Source of the DNA: Macrostomum lignano
Lineage: Eukaryota
Direction: 5' to 3'
DNA: 64,000 bases
Assembly: GCA_002269645.1 (NCBI GenBank)
Contig: NIVC01002124.1
Coordinates: 138,646 to 202,645, forward strand
Shown piece after piece: positions 36,623-49,237 of this stretch. The notes beneath the pieces are model-generated. The model saw nothing but the letters and a program-made list of their open reading frames with translations. It made no database searches and was not told the DNA's origin. The translations under genes were made by a program, and so were the position numbers. Numbering within the stretch: position 1 is the first letter of the stretch; each line of letters begins with the position of its first letter.

Positions 36623-37427
36623 GGTCGCGTGTTTGGCCTGCGTTCTGACTGCCTGCTGAGTGCTAAACAGAGTGCGCCCGACACGAGGCCCGCCACGTGG
36701 CGCCTCCTTTTCTAGCCGTGGCCGCCGCCCCTCTCGCGTGGCCCCTGGGCTGCCCCAGGCCGTCTCCTATTGGCTGCCGGCTTCAGCCAATCAGGAAAGC
36801 TTTGAGTTTTGCTTCACGCGTAGAGGCAGGAAGGCTGCTAGACTGTGTGTCCTTGCTGAATTCTTTTCAGTAAATCTCGATTCTTTTCTGCGACAGATGG
36901 CGCCCAAACATCTTCCTCTGTTCTACTCGATCGCTGAGACTGAATCTCTTCCGTTAACTGTTCCTTGTTGCCGTGGATTCCCGGGCCATAGCGTGCCGCT
37001 TCCCGCTGATTTCCGCTTCTAAATGCTTTTTCTCTGCTTGTTGTTGGGCGAGAAAATTGAGCTATAATTTGTATTCGTACTGTTTCAATAGCAACTTGGT
37101 CTAGTCCTTTCTGTCACCTGGGCGCCATCGCTCAATTATGGGGGGGGGGCAATTAATCTGATTAACAACCCAGAAGCAATATGTCTCATAATTTTCATAA
37201 ATCTGTTTTGGTCTCTTAAGCTGCTTTGCCTGCAATGTAGGGGGCAGGTGCCACCCAATAAACAGAGTTATTGCGATTTTGGAACTATATTGAAACAATT
37301 TCCTGAGCTTGTAAAACATTCTGCTTGCAATGCTTCATGACTTTTGCTTGTGATCAAAGATTTCAGTGTAAACTGGAGCTTCAGAAACTTTTGCGAGTGC
37401 CTGATTTTAAACTAATCTGATGGAGAT

Positions 37428-38283
37428 CTGCTGACTGTAAGAGTCAGGAGTGTGTGTCAGCTCATTCTGCTGACTGTGAGTGTGAGTCAGGAGAGTATGT
37501 CAGTTCTGTATGAGATTCTACTGACTGTGAGAGTCAGGAGTGTGTGTCAGTTCTGTATGAGATTCTACTGACTGTGAGAGTCAGGAGAGTGTGTCAGCTC
37601 ATTCTACTGACTGTGAGAGTCAGGAGAGTGTGTCAGCTCTTTATGAGATTCTACTGACTGTGAGAGTCAGGAGAGTGTGTCAGCTCTTTATGAGATTCTA
37701 CTGACTGTGAGAGTCAGGAGTGTGTGTGTCAGCTCTCTATGAGATTCTACTGACTGTGAGAGTCAGGAGTGTGTGTGTCAGCTCTCTATGAGATTCTACT
37801 GACTGTGAGAGTCAGGAGTGTGTGTGTCAGCTCTCTATGAGATTCTACTGACTGTGAGAGTCAGGAGTGTGTGTGTCAGCTCTCTATGAGATTCTACTGA
37901 CTGTGAGAGTCAGGAGTGTGTGTGTCAGCTCTCTATGAGATTCTACTGACTGTGAGAGTCAGGAGTGTGTGTGTCAGCTCTCTATGAGATTCTACTGACT
38001 GTGAGAGTCAGGAGTGTGTGTGTCAGCTCTCTATGAGATTCTACTGACTGTGAGAGTCAGGAGAGTGTGTGTGTCAGCTGTCTATGAGATTCTACTGACT
38101 GTGAGAGTCAGGAGAGTGTGTCAGCTGTCTTTGAGATTCTACTGACTGTGAGTGTCAGGAATGTGTGTCAGCTCTCTATGAGATTCTGCTGACTGTGAGA
38201 GTCAGGAATGTGTGTCAGCTCTCTATGAGATTCTACTGACTGTGAAAGTCAGGAGTGTGTCAGCTCTCTATGAGATTCTACTC
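37428..38283. repeat. Tandem repeat, ~45-51-bp unit (gagattctactgactgtgagagtcaggagtgtgtgtgtcagctctctat)
   Basis: About 17 copies. Unit length varies through an internal (GT)n, and each unit has a ctgac...gtcag mini inverted repeat. Confidence 0.93.
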
Positions 38284-38737
38284 AGATTTTTATTTAATAG
38301 TATAATATTGATAACTGAGCTGTGCAGATTGAACTCACAACAGACAGCAAAATTTCAATTAAACTGCGAGAGCTCATCGATCACACTGGAGTCTTCAGCC
38401 CTTCACATTGCGCAAGTTCAGCACAAGAGAAATAGCTGAGACCCCCACGGCAGTCTTCTGTAACCCAAACCCATCATCGCGAATTTGTCCAGCCTGCGCG
38501 ATCTGTGCCTGTGCAACAAGTTTTTGGTTTTCAACATCGCCATGGACTGGACCACACAGGGTCTGCTCTGGACTGCGAATCCCAAATTCTATAATACGAG
38601 CGTACTAACTTATTTGCATCATGCCCGATTCTGTAAAAGAAAAATGACCGTAAAAATGTAACCTTTGATATTGGCGTACAAACTGGATTTCAAACAGTAA
38701 AAATCTGTGCGTGGATCTGCCAATGATTTGTTCCTAA

Positions 38738-40280
38738 GTGACTGCGGCGTCAAAATGAGTCACTGCAGGGCCATAATGATGAGTCACTGCAGGGCCAACA
38801 TGAGTCACTGCAGGGCCAACATGAGTCACTGCAGGGCCATAATAAGTCACTGCAGGGCCAAAATGAGTCACTGCAGGGCCATAATGAGTCACTGCAGGGC
38901 CAAAATGAGTCACTGCAGGGCCAACATGAGTCACTGCAGGGCCATAATGAGTCACTGCAGGGCCAAAATGAGTCACTGCAGGGCCATAATGAGTCACTGC
39001 AGGGCCATAATGAGTCACTGCAGGGCCAACATGAGTCACTGCAGGGCCATAATGAGTCACTGCAGGGCCAACATGAGTCACTGCAGGGCCATAATAAGTC
39101 ACTGCAGGGCCATAATGAGTTACTGCAGGGCCAACATGAGTCACTGCAGGGCCAAAATGAGTCACTGCAAGGCCATAATAAGTCACTGCAGGGCCATAAT
39201 AAGTCACTGCAGGGCCAAAATGAGTCACTGCAGGGCCAAAATGAGTGACTGCGGCGCCAAAATGAGTCACTGCGGCGCCAAAATGAGTCACTGCGGCGTC
39301 AAAATGAGTGACTGCGGCGTCAAAATGAGTGCCTGCGGCGCTAAAATGAGTGACTGCGGCACCAAAATGAGTGACTGCGGCGTCAAAATGAGTGACTGCG
39401 GCACCAAAATGAGTGACTGCGGCGTCAAAATGAGTGACTGCGGCACCAAAATGAGTGACTGCGGCGTAAAATGAGTGACTGCGGCGTCAAAATGAGTGAC
39501 TGCGGCACCAAAATGAGTGACTGCGGCGTAAAATGAGTGACTGCGGCGTCAAAATGAGTGACTGCGGCGTAAAATGAGTGACTGCGGCGCCAAAATGAGT
39601 GACTGCGGCGTCAAAATGAGTGACTGTGGCACCAAAATGAGTGACTGCGGCGTCAAAATGAGTGACTGCGGCACCAAAATGAGTGACTGCGGCGTCAAAA
39701 TGAGTGACTGCGGCACCAAAATGAGTGACTGCGGCGTAAAATGAGTGACTGCGGCGTCAAAATGAGTGACTGCGGCGTAAAATGAGTGACTGCGGCGCCA
39801 AAATGAGTGACTGCGGCGTCAAAATGAGTGACTGTGGCACCAAAATGAGTGACTGCGGCACCAAAATGAGTGACTGCGGGGCCAAAATGAGTGCCTGCGG
39901 CGCCAAAATGAGTGACTGCGGCGTCAAAATGAGTGACTGCTTCGTCAAAATGAGTGACTGCGGCGTCAAAATGAGTGACTGCGGCGCCAAAATGAGTGAC
40001 TGTGGCGCCAAAATGAGTGCCTGCGGCGCTAAAATGAGTGACTGTGGCGTCAAAATGAGTGACTGCGGCACCAAAATGAGTGACTGCGGCACCAAAATGA
40101 GTGCCTGCAGCGTCAAAATGAGTGACTGCGGTACCAAAATGAGTGACTGCAGCGTCAAAATGAGTGACTGCGGTACCAAAATGAGTGACTGCGGCGTAAA
40201 ATGAGTGACTGCGGCGTCAAAATGAGTGACTGCGGCGTAAAATGAGTGACTGCGGCGCCAAAATGAGTGACTGCGGCGCC
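38738..40280. repeat. Tandem repeat, 21-bp unit, two sequential variant blocks (aatgagtcactgcagggcc.. then aaaatgagtgactgcggcgtc)
   Basis: About 73 copies. The switch of variant is near 39240. Confidence 0.95.
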
Positions 40281-41251
40281 TAAAGAGTACCTGCGGCGCG
40301 AAAATCAGTATTAGCAACCCCAATTTCCAAAATACTGCGGGAATGTCATCATAGGAATTTTACGAATTCCTAATCTCTTTTTAGCAGTTCGTTTTGTTTT
40401 GTAACCTCCCACCAAAATATCCATGGCGACACCGTAGCCGACAAAAGTTATTTGTTCTGAACTCTGAACTAATTGTTTTTCTTTGGCTTGCTTCCAGTCC
40501 AGCTGATCTGTCCCAGGCGTCCATGTCCCAGCCCGTATCAATAGCTATCTCAGCTAGTCCCAGGCCAAATCAATAGCAATCAATGATGACGGACGCGAGG
40601 TCCCCATCCCATGCAGGGCTAAATTGCAGCCCGCATGTTGGCTTACGGGAGGCCCAGCTTATTGTGCAATAATAACCCAGAATTCTAATCGCTACTGCCA
40701 CACAGACAGTCTGACAGCGGATCAGCTGAAGTCAGTTCAGCCAACACAGGTTAACGCATGCATGTAGATTGTATTGTAAAATTGAAACGCTTAATTTAAT
40801 TATAGCCATAATTTCCAGACGCTTATCATATCTGAATCGTTGCGCAGTACATGTATTTATTGTCTAAAGCCATAATGCTTGGACGATATTTCATAAGAAA
40901 GTTCCAATTCAATATCCTTGGTTCAGTTTTTGACCCTTTCGATTGTAAGCAAACTTTCGGGCTCAGGGACAGACGTGCCGTATAATTGATTTTCCCAAGA
41001 CTTGAGGAGCAATCCCACGTGAGCTCAAGTGAAGTCTCGACAGTCCAATGTTTATTGTCTGTTGGTGTTGACACAGCTGTGAGCTCTCTGAGTCTGTCTT
41101 TGAGATGCTCTCTCAACTGTACAGTATTTGAACTGTCTGTGAAGTTTTTCTTTCATATATTCATAGTCCAAGTGGTCACGTGCCTCCTCACTTGACTGAG
41201 GGGAAAGAGAAATCTTGTGCTGAAATTTCAATAAAATTGGCTGATTTAATG

Positions 41252-41745
41252 ACCGAATCTTCACCAACCCGAATCTTCACCAATCCGAATCTTCACCAAT
41301 CTGAATCTTCACCAATCCGAATCTTCACCAATCCGAATCTTCACCAATCTGAATCTTCACCAATCCGAATCTTCACCAATACAAATCTTCACCAACACGA
41401 ATCTTTACCAACCCGAATCTTCACCAACTCGAATCTTTACCAATCGGAATCTTCACCAACACGAATCTTTACCAACCCGAATCTTCACCAACTCGAATCT
41501 TTACCAACTTTAATCTTCACCAAACCGAATCTTCAAACAATCCGAATCTTCACCAACCCGAATCTTCACCAATACAAATCTTCACCGATCCGAATCTTCA
41601 CCAAACCGAATCTTCACCAATCCAAATCTTTACCGATCCGAATCTTCACCAATCCGAATCTTCACCAACCCGAATCTTTACCAACCCGAATATTCACCAA
41701 TCCGAATCTTCACCAATCCGAAGCTTCACCAACTCGAATCCGAAT
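41252..41745. repeat. Tandem repeat, 16-bp unit (ccgaatcttcaccaat)
   Basis: About 30 copies. Confidence 0.93.
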
Positions 41746-42494
41746 TTGAAATTCCAATTTTGAAACCGAAAATTTAACAACCTAGCAAAATGAAGTGTCT
41801 CAAGGCCATCTCAGTTTTATTATAATTCGACTTCCAAGAAACTGATTGATGGATTTCCCCTGGCGCCCCAGCAACAGTTTCTAAGGAGGCGGATTTTTTG
41901 ATAGATTAAAAAAGTCACCAAACCCATCCAGTACGCTGAAGTTACGCTGAGCCAAGATTCCAATAAATTGAGTAGCACTTGAGAACATGTAACCGTTCAC
42001 TCTCGCTTTTCCCATGCCACACAGAGTTCGCTTTCTCTCTCAATTCCGCTCCCTCGACTTCCTGAGGATGCTGAGCAACTGAGACGCCACTTGAGACCAA
42101 GTCTTGAATGTTTGACCTCATTCGTCTATTATAGCGACTGCTTCTAATTGTTACTGCCCCCGCAGTCTCTCGGCTTCATCATTCTCCTTCCGGTGCTCCG
42201 TGGGAACAGCACCATAAGTGTGTGTGTACGCCGCGTTTTTATAGAGAAACGTGGCTTGAGTCCGTCGCTTTGACTGCAGTTATAAGCTACTCATGCTCAA
42301 CAGGCTCATTGACTGCCCCGTTGTATGAATTTGAGTCACTTATAAGCTTCTCCTGCTCTGCCTCCTTGAGCACGAGTTTTTCGATTCGATTGCGGGGTGA
42401 ATTCTCAGTGAGTGAAGGGGGTGAATAAACTAAAAATATATTCAGAGTGATCTCCAATCTTTATCTGCTCTGCCTCTGCATCATTGAATGACTC

Positions 42495-43480
42495 CCTTCT
42501 CTCTCATCTATCCCTTCTGCATCTCTTCCTCAGCTCTCCTCAGTCTCGCTTCTTTTCTCTTCTCCTCTCTCATCTCTTCTCCTCTCTCATCTCTTCTCCT
42601 CTCTCATCTCTTCTCCTCTCTCATCTCTTCTCCTCTCTCATCTCTTCTCCTCTCTCATCTCTTCTCCTCTCTCATCTCTTCTCCTCTCTCATCTCTTCTC
42701 CTCTCTCATCTCTTCTCCTTTCTCATCTCTTCTCATCTCTCTGCTCTTCTCTCCTCTTCTCCTCTCTCATCTCTTCTCCTCTCTCATCTCTTCTCCTCTC
42801 TCATCTCTTCTCCTTTCTCATCTCTTCTCATCTCTCTGCTCTTCTCTCCTCTTCTCCTCTCTCATCTCTTCTCCTCTCTCATCTCTTCTCCTCTCTCATC
42901 TCTTCTCCTTTCTCATCTCTTCTCCTCTCTCTGCTCTTCTCTCCTCTTCTCCTCTCTCATCTCTTCTCTTCTCTCTCCTCTTCTCCTCTCTCATCTCTTC
43001 TCCTCTCTCATCTCTTCTCCTCTCTCATCTCTTCTCCTTTCTCATCTCTTCTCCTCTCTCTGCTCTTCTCTCCTCTTCTCCTCTCTCATCTCTTCTCTTC
43101 TCTCTCCTCTTCTCCTCTCTCACCTCTTCTCATCTGTCATCTCTTCTCCTTTCCTATTTCTTCTCCTTTTCTCTTCTCCTCTCTCATCTCTTCTCCTCTC
43201 TCATCTCTTCTCCTCTCTCTGCTCTTCTCTCCTCTTCTCCTCTCTCATCTCTTCTCTTCTCTCTCCTCTTCTCCTCTCTCATCTCTTCTCCTTTCTCATC
43301 TCTTCTCCTCTCTCTGCTCTTCTCTCCTCTTCTCCTCTCTCATCTCTTCTCTTCTCTCTTCTCTTCTCCTCTCTCATCTCTTCTCTTCTCTTTCACATCT
43401 GCTTCTTTCTCATCTATTCTCCGCTCTCATCTTTTCTCTTCTTTCCCACATATCTTCTTCTCTCTCATCTCTCCTCGCCT
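42495..43480. repeat. TC-rich tandem repeat (~17-bp ctctctcatctcttctc core)
   Basis: Pyrimidine-rich. ORFs 42484/42488 are artefacts. Confidence 0.9.
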
Positions 43481-44774
43481 CGCCATTCTACTTTGATATG
43501 AAAATTGAAGCAAATATGAAACTTTTGCGGCTGTAAAAGGAACTGATATAGCAGAATGCTTAAGACGGTCCTGTTGCAATGCTCTGATGGCATTCGCCTT
43601 GTTGCCAGTGTGGTGTGAGTCAAAATTCTGAGCAGCAGAGCTTCCGGCCGAGTAAAGACAGACAAAAAGATGAATCGCTCGGCTGCGTCCCTGCTAGCTT
43701 AATTAATTAATTAATTCTTGTCAGCTTCCTGTCTCATCTTACCGACTCGCCATTTTTTTTAGTAAAAATGGGAAGTCAGAGGCTGAAGGGCGGGAATTTA
43801 ACGACAGTTGGTTAAAGATGAAGCTAGCTGATAGTCGCCTCCCTCCTCCCAGTTATCTCATCTCGCTCTGGCTCCAGTTTTGCCTGTACAAGAGCTAAAA
43901 TGAGGTTTTGAATAGCCTTGGGGCGAGATCCAAGTTGCAGTTCGAGTGGAAGCCAACAGAAGGGAAAATTCTATTCAAATTTTTTCAAAGTTCTCCCCTT
44001 TGGGAGAATTCATTGAAAATAAAGTTTTTTCCCGTAATCACAAGACCCTGCCCCAACATCTGAGCACATCTGTTATTGCAGACCCCAAGCTGCACAGATG
44101 CGCTGGCAATATTCATAAATTTAATCAATGAAAAAAGGATCGCGAAATTCTATCAAACAGATTGGGCGAATTTCAAATTCCAATTCGCACTCATCCTTCT
44201 GCTACGCATAGTCTGGGGACATATTTTCATATGCGATAGATTTATTGCCCAAGGGTCAGCACAAGGGCTCGAAATTGAATTCGTTTGAGTAGGAGCTTAC
44301 AACACTTTGTGGAATTTTGAGAGAGGAATTTTTAATTAAAAGCAGAGCAGAGAAAGAAGTGACCGTTTCTCTCAGAGCACCTCCTGTCAGGGTTTGTGGG
44401 GCCAGCACACCGATTGCGTATTCAGGCTATGAAGTTATGAAATATTAAGGTGAAAGTGTATGACAGATTTTGACCTCGGCGAGCCTCCCGGCCCCCTCCC
44501 GCTGGGAACCTAAAGGAATTCTTCTATTCTCCCTAAAGTATTTTAGGGCATAAATAAATCGATTCCAGTTTAGCTATGCCAGTCATTTTCTCAGCTTGAG
44601 TTTTTATAACTTTAGATTGCGGAATCAAAACTGGGTGATGAGGCTGAAAATTGAATTATATATTTTCTTACAGACATCTATGATACAAACTACTGTTAGT
44701 GGCATGGTTGTAAATCTTGAGATTTAAAAATGAAAATAAACTTTCTGCGAACAGCTCTTGGCACAGAAAAGCCT

Positions 44775-45405
44775 GTTAAAAGTGACAGTTCAAAGTAAGC
44801 ACCTGTGAGTGACAGGTTAGGAGTGACAGTTCACAGTAAGCACCGGTGAGTGACAGGTTAGGAGTGACAGTTCACAGTAAGCACCGATGAGTGACAGTTC
44901 ACAGTAAGCACCGGTGAGTGACAGGTTAGGAGTGACAGTTCACAGTAAGCACCGGTGAGTGACAGGTTAGGAGTGACAGTTCACATTAAGCACCGATGAG
45001 TGACAGTTCACAGTAAGCACCGCTGAGTGATCTAAGTTAAGAGTGACAGCTCACAGGTAGCCCCGCTGAGTGATCCAAGTTAGGAGTGACAGTTCACAGT
45101 AAGCACCGCTGAGTGATCCAAGTTAAGAGTGACAGCTCACAGTAAGCATCAGCGAGTGACAAGTCAAGAGTGACAGCTCACAGTAAGCACCGCTGAGTGA
45201 TCTAAGTTAAGAGTGACAGCTTACAGTAAGCATCGGCGAGTGACAAGTCAAGAGTGACAGCTCACAGTAAGCACCACTGAGTGATCCAAGTTAAGAGTGA
45301 CAGCTCACAGTAAGCACCGCTGAGTGATCCAAGTTAAGAGTGACAGCTCACAGTAAGCACCGCTGAGTGATCCAAGTTAAGAGTGACAGCTCACAGTAAG
45401 CACTG
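44775..45405. repeat. Tandem repeat, 41-43-bp unit (gagtgacagctcacagtaagcaccgctgagtgatccaagttaa)
   Basis: About 15 copies with internal gagtga duplication. Confidence 0.9.
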
Positions 45406-45795
45406 TGCAGGCAGGTCAGTATTCCTACAGCCATGATTGACATCTTGAAAGAAATTCTCCTTGCACTTCTGCTCCCAGTGCAGCGGATAAATAAACTCCT
45501 CAGCAATCGGAAAGCATTCTGGCAGCCCCGGCTACGAATTTAGCAGCAACCTGTTGGCGCAGTATTTACTCCCCTCACTCCTCGGATAAACACAGCACAG
45601 CTGGGGCTGCCTGAACGGTGGACAAATCAGATCTGGAAAACTGGGAGCGGAGTTTGGGATTTGGTAAGGAAGCGGATGCGGAGGCAGGACCTGACACCCA
45701 AGCCGAATGGCGCAGTTATAAAAGCAGGTCAAGTCTGAAGTCTGCAGGTCACCGCTGTTGCGGCCTCGACTTCGGTTCAGTGTGGGCAATCGAGA

Positions 45796-48700
45796 ATGCA
45801 GCAGCGAAGTGAATTTGTCGTCTACGTGTAAGTTGTGACACTCTAGTGGCTGTCTGCTGCGCTTGGGGCAGGGAGTGGGAGATTTCGGGAGTGGCAGATT
45901 TCGGGAGTGGGAGATTTCGGGAGTGGCAGATTTCGGGAGTGGGAGATTTCGGGAGTGGCAGATTTCGGGAGTGGGAGATTTCGGGAGTGGGAGATTTCGG
46001 GAGTGGGAGATTTCGGGAATGGGAGATTTCGGGAGTGGGAGATTTCGGGAGTGGGAGATTTCGGGAGTGGGAGATTTCGGGAGTGAAAGATTTCGGGAGT
46101 GGGAGATTTCGGGAGTGGGAGATTTCGGGAGTGGGAGATTTCGGGAATGGGAGATTTCGGGAGTGGGAGATTTCGGGAGTGGTAGATTTCGGGAGTGGGA
46201 GATTTCGGGAGTGGGAGATTTCGGGAGTGGGAGATTTCGGGAGTGGGAGATTTCGGGAGTGGGAGATTTCGGTAGTGGGAGATTTCGGGAATGGGAGATT
46301 TCGGGAATGGGAGATTTCGGGAGTGGGAGATTTCGGGAGTGGGAGATTTCGGGAATGGGAGATTTCGGGAGTGGGAGATTTCGGGAGTGGGAGATTTCGG
46401 GAGTGGGAGATTTCGGGAGTGGGAGATTTCGGGAGTGGGAGATTTCGGGAATGGGAGATTTCGGGAGTGGGAGATTTCGGGAATGGGAGATTTCGGGAAT
46501 GGGAGCTTTCGGGAGTGGGAGATTTCGGGAGTGGGAGATTTCGGGAATGAGAGATTTCGGGAATGAGAGATTTCGGGAGTGGGAGATTTCGGGAGTGGGA
46601 GATTTCGGGAATGAGAGATTTCGGGAATGAGAGATTTCGGGAATGAGAGATTTCGGGAATGGAAGATTTCGGGAACGGGAGATTTCAGGAACGGGAGATT
46701 TCAGGAACGGGAGATTTCAGGAACGGGAGATTTCAGGAACGGGAGATTTCAGGAACGGGAGATTTCGAGAATCGGAGACTATTGGACATGGGAAATGAGA
46801 ACTTTTGAGTATAAGGGATTTTAGAGAATCAAGTGACTGCTAACAAAGTTTTAGATAATTTCATTACTAGCAATGAAACCAATTTTTTATGCCTCATCAG
46901 CCAAGGTGAGTCCTCAGACTCCGCCGCCAGTTCAGACATTCGCCGGCCAGCTCACAGTCAGTCCTTCTACGACAAACCGGGAACAGGTGCTGTGGACAGC
47001 GTGCCGCCGCAGGAGGCGGACCACCTGTCCATCGACTGCCTCTCGTATCGGCGAGGAGGCGGTTGCCGGCGAGTCAGACTGGACACCGAGGGCCGGCAAA
47101 ACCTCGGCAGGGTGGTGAGGGAAGCAGGCGTCTGATGGATAAAATCTTTGATGGGGGTGACTTACCAAGAGAGTGACTTTCCGTGAGTTAATTTCTTGAG
47201 AGTGACTTTCCCGACAGAGTGACTTTCCCGATAGAGTGACTTTCCCGATAGAGTGACTTTCCCGATAGAGTGACTTTCCCGACAGAGTGACTTTCCCGAT
47301 AGAGTGACTTTGCCGATAGAGTGACTTTCCCGACAGAGTGACTTTCCCGACAGAGTGACTTTCCCGACAGAGTGACTTTCCCGACAGAGTGACTTTCCCG
47401 ATAGAGTGACTTTCCCGATAGAGTGACTTTCCCGACAGAGTGACTTTCCCGACAGAGTGACTTTCCCGACAGAGTGACTTTCTCGACAGAGTGACTTTCC
47501 CGATAGAGTGACTTTCACGACAGAGTGACTTTTTCGACAGAGTGACTTTCCCGACAGAGTGACTTTCCCGACAGAGTGACTTTCCCGATAGAGTGACTTT
47601 CCCGACAGAGTGACTTTCCCGACAGAGTAACTTTGCCGACAGAGTGAGTTTCTCTGTGAGGAGTGACTTTCCCGGCAGAGTGAATTTCTCTGTGAGGAGT
47701 GACTTTCCCGGCAGAGTGAATTTCTTTGTGAGGAATGAATTTCCCGACAGAGTGACTTTCTCTGTGAGGAGAGATTTCCCCCCGACAGAGTGACTTTCCC
47801 GAGAGCGTGAGTTTCTATGTGAAGAGTGACTTTCCCGACAGAGTGACTTTCCTGACAGGGTGAGTTTCTCCATGAGGAGTGACTTTCCCGACAGAGTGAC
47901 TTTCCTGACAGGGTGAGTTTCTCCATGAGGAGTGACTTTCCCGACAGAGTGACTTTCTGGGAGAGCGGGAGAGTTATTCTTTACTTGAACCTACACTTCT
48001 AGAACGGCGAGAACATGTTTTGTTTTATTTCAGGAGCTGCTAGTTGATGAAAATCCCATCTCAGAGGCGGCATTGGAAGGTAAGCGGCATTTTCACTGCC
48101 TCTACAAAATCCATTGTGAAAAATCATCTCCTCGCTTCATCTGCCGCAACCACCTCGCCTAGTCGCCGACGCCGTGTTTCGCCGAATCGCCGGCCGCGCC
48201 CAACTGCAGCCAGAAGGCCTCGCCGCTGCCTGCGGTGCTCTTGGCTTTCACTGCGGCAGCGATGGCCGTGAAAACGGGGGAGCCGCAGGATGGGCCGGCC
48301 TCATCGCTGATGGAGGTGAGATTCTGGAAATTGGTAGGGTGGATCTGTAGATTGATAAATAGGGTGGATCTGTAGATTGATAGATAGGGTCCATTTGTAG
48401 ATTGATAGATAGGGTGGATCTGTAGATTGATAAATAGGGTCGATCTGTAGATTGATAGATAGGGTGGATCTGTAGATTGATAAATAGGGTGGATCTGTAG
48501 ATTGATAGATAGGGTCGATTTGTAGATTGATAGATAGGGTGGATCTGTAGATTGATAAATAGGGTCGATCTGTAGATTGATAGATAGGGTGGATCTGTAG
48601 ATTGATAAATAGGGTGGATCTGTAGATTGATAGATAGGGTGGATCTGTAGATTGATAGATAGGGTGGATCTGTAGATTGATAGATAGGGTGGATCTGTAG

Positions 48701-49079
48701 ATTGATAGATAGGGTGGATCTGTAGATTGATAGATTGGGTAGATCAATAAAACTCAGCAGACTGACCGAATCCCGCAGGCAGCGGCTGCATCAGCAGGTC
48801 AAATTTTCTAGCTATGTTTGCCGCCCAACTGCTCAGAGATCGGGACGCCGCGGCGGAGGACTTGGGAACGGCGAGAGCAGACTTTGCGCTGGCGCCTGCC
48901 GATCTTCGCTGGCTGACTCGGCGAATGGCGAGTAAAGGTACACCTGTAGTTCGGGTCTTGTTGACCTTTTGACACTACTTTCAGCAGAAACGTACATTTT
49001 TTAAGTTCGAAAAATATTCCTTGCAGAGAGCCAATCGTGGACAGCTTCGTACAGCGAGTGGAGCCTTGATCCCTACTAA
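45796..49079 (+). CDS. Predicted multi-exon gene encoding a ~218-aa degenerate EF-hand (centrin/calmodulin-like) protein: exons (45748/ATG 45796)-45827, 46901-47114, 48034-48079, 48163-48315, 48779-48937, 49027-49079; possible upstream exon 45601-45663
   Basis: All junctions are GT-AG with mutually compatible phases (2, 0, 1, 1, 1) and no internal stop. A CTGAC branch motif lies at ~48762. The translation contains VADAVFRRIAGRAQLQPEGLAAACGALGF and LIADGGSGCISRSNFLAMFAAQLLRDRD, which resemble EF-hand helices of centrin/calmodulin. The start codon and the last donor (48931 or 48937) are uncertain. Confidence 0.6.
45868..46770. repeat. Tandem repeat, 16-bp unit (gagtgggagatttcgg), intronic
   Basis: About 55 copies. 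Confidence 0.95.
47170..47962. repeat. Tandem repeat, 17-bp unit (agagtgactttcccgac), intronic
   Basis: About 45 copies, degenerating at the 3' end. Confidence 0.95.
48335..48738. repeat. Tandem repeat, 25-bp unit (gggtggatctgtagattgatagata), intronic
   Basis: About 16 copies. Confidence 0.95.
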
Positions 49080-49237
49080 ATAATGCAACCGTTTTGCATC
49101 AAGTTTAACCGCATTCACTAATACAGACACACTTTTTAAAAATTTATTGCTGCTTTTTAACAGCTACTGAAAGTAGAATGACAAGAAAAGTTATGGCTAA
49201 AATGCGAGTAAATGAAGCATCCATGTTCCCTTCTATC

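Noticed and set aside
38707-40323. MSHCRAK/MSDCGAK heptad-repeat ORFs (metallothionein- or antifreeze-like look)
   Set aside because: They arise from a 21-bp DNA repeat that is open on both strands. Frames break where units lose a base, and there is no synonymous-site pattern.
45846-47926. Long ORFs over the 16- and 17-bp arrays, and a minus-strand reading of the 46.9-47.1 kb GC-rich segment
   Set aside because: The array ORFs are artefacts. The plus-strand exon 46901-47114 fits the phases of both neighbouring exons, whereas the minus-strand readings have no supporting partner exons.
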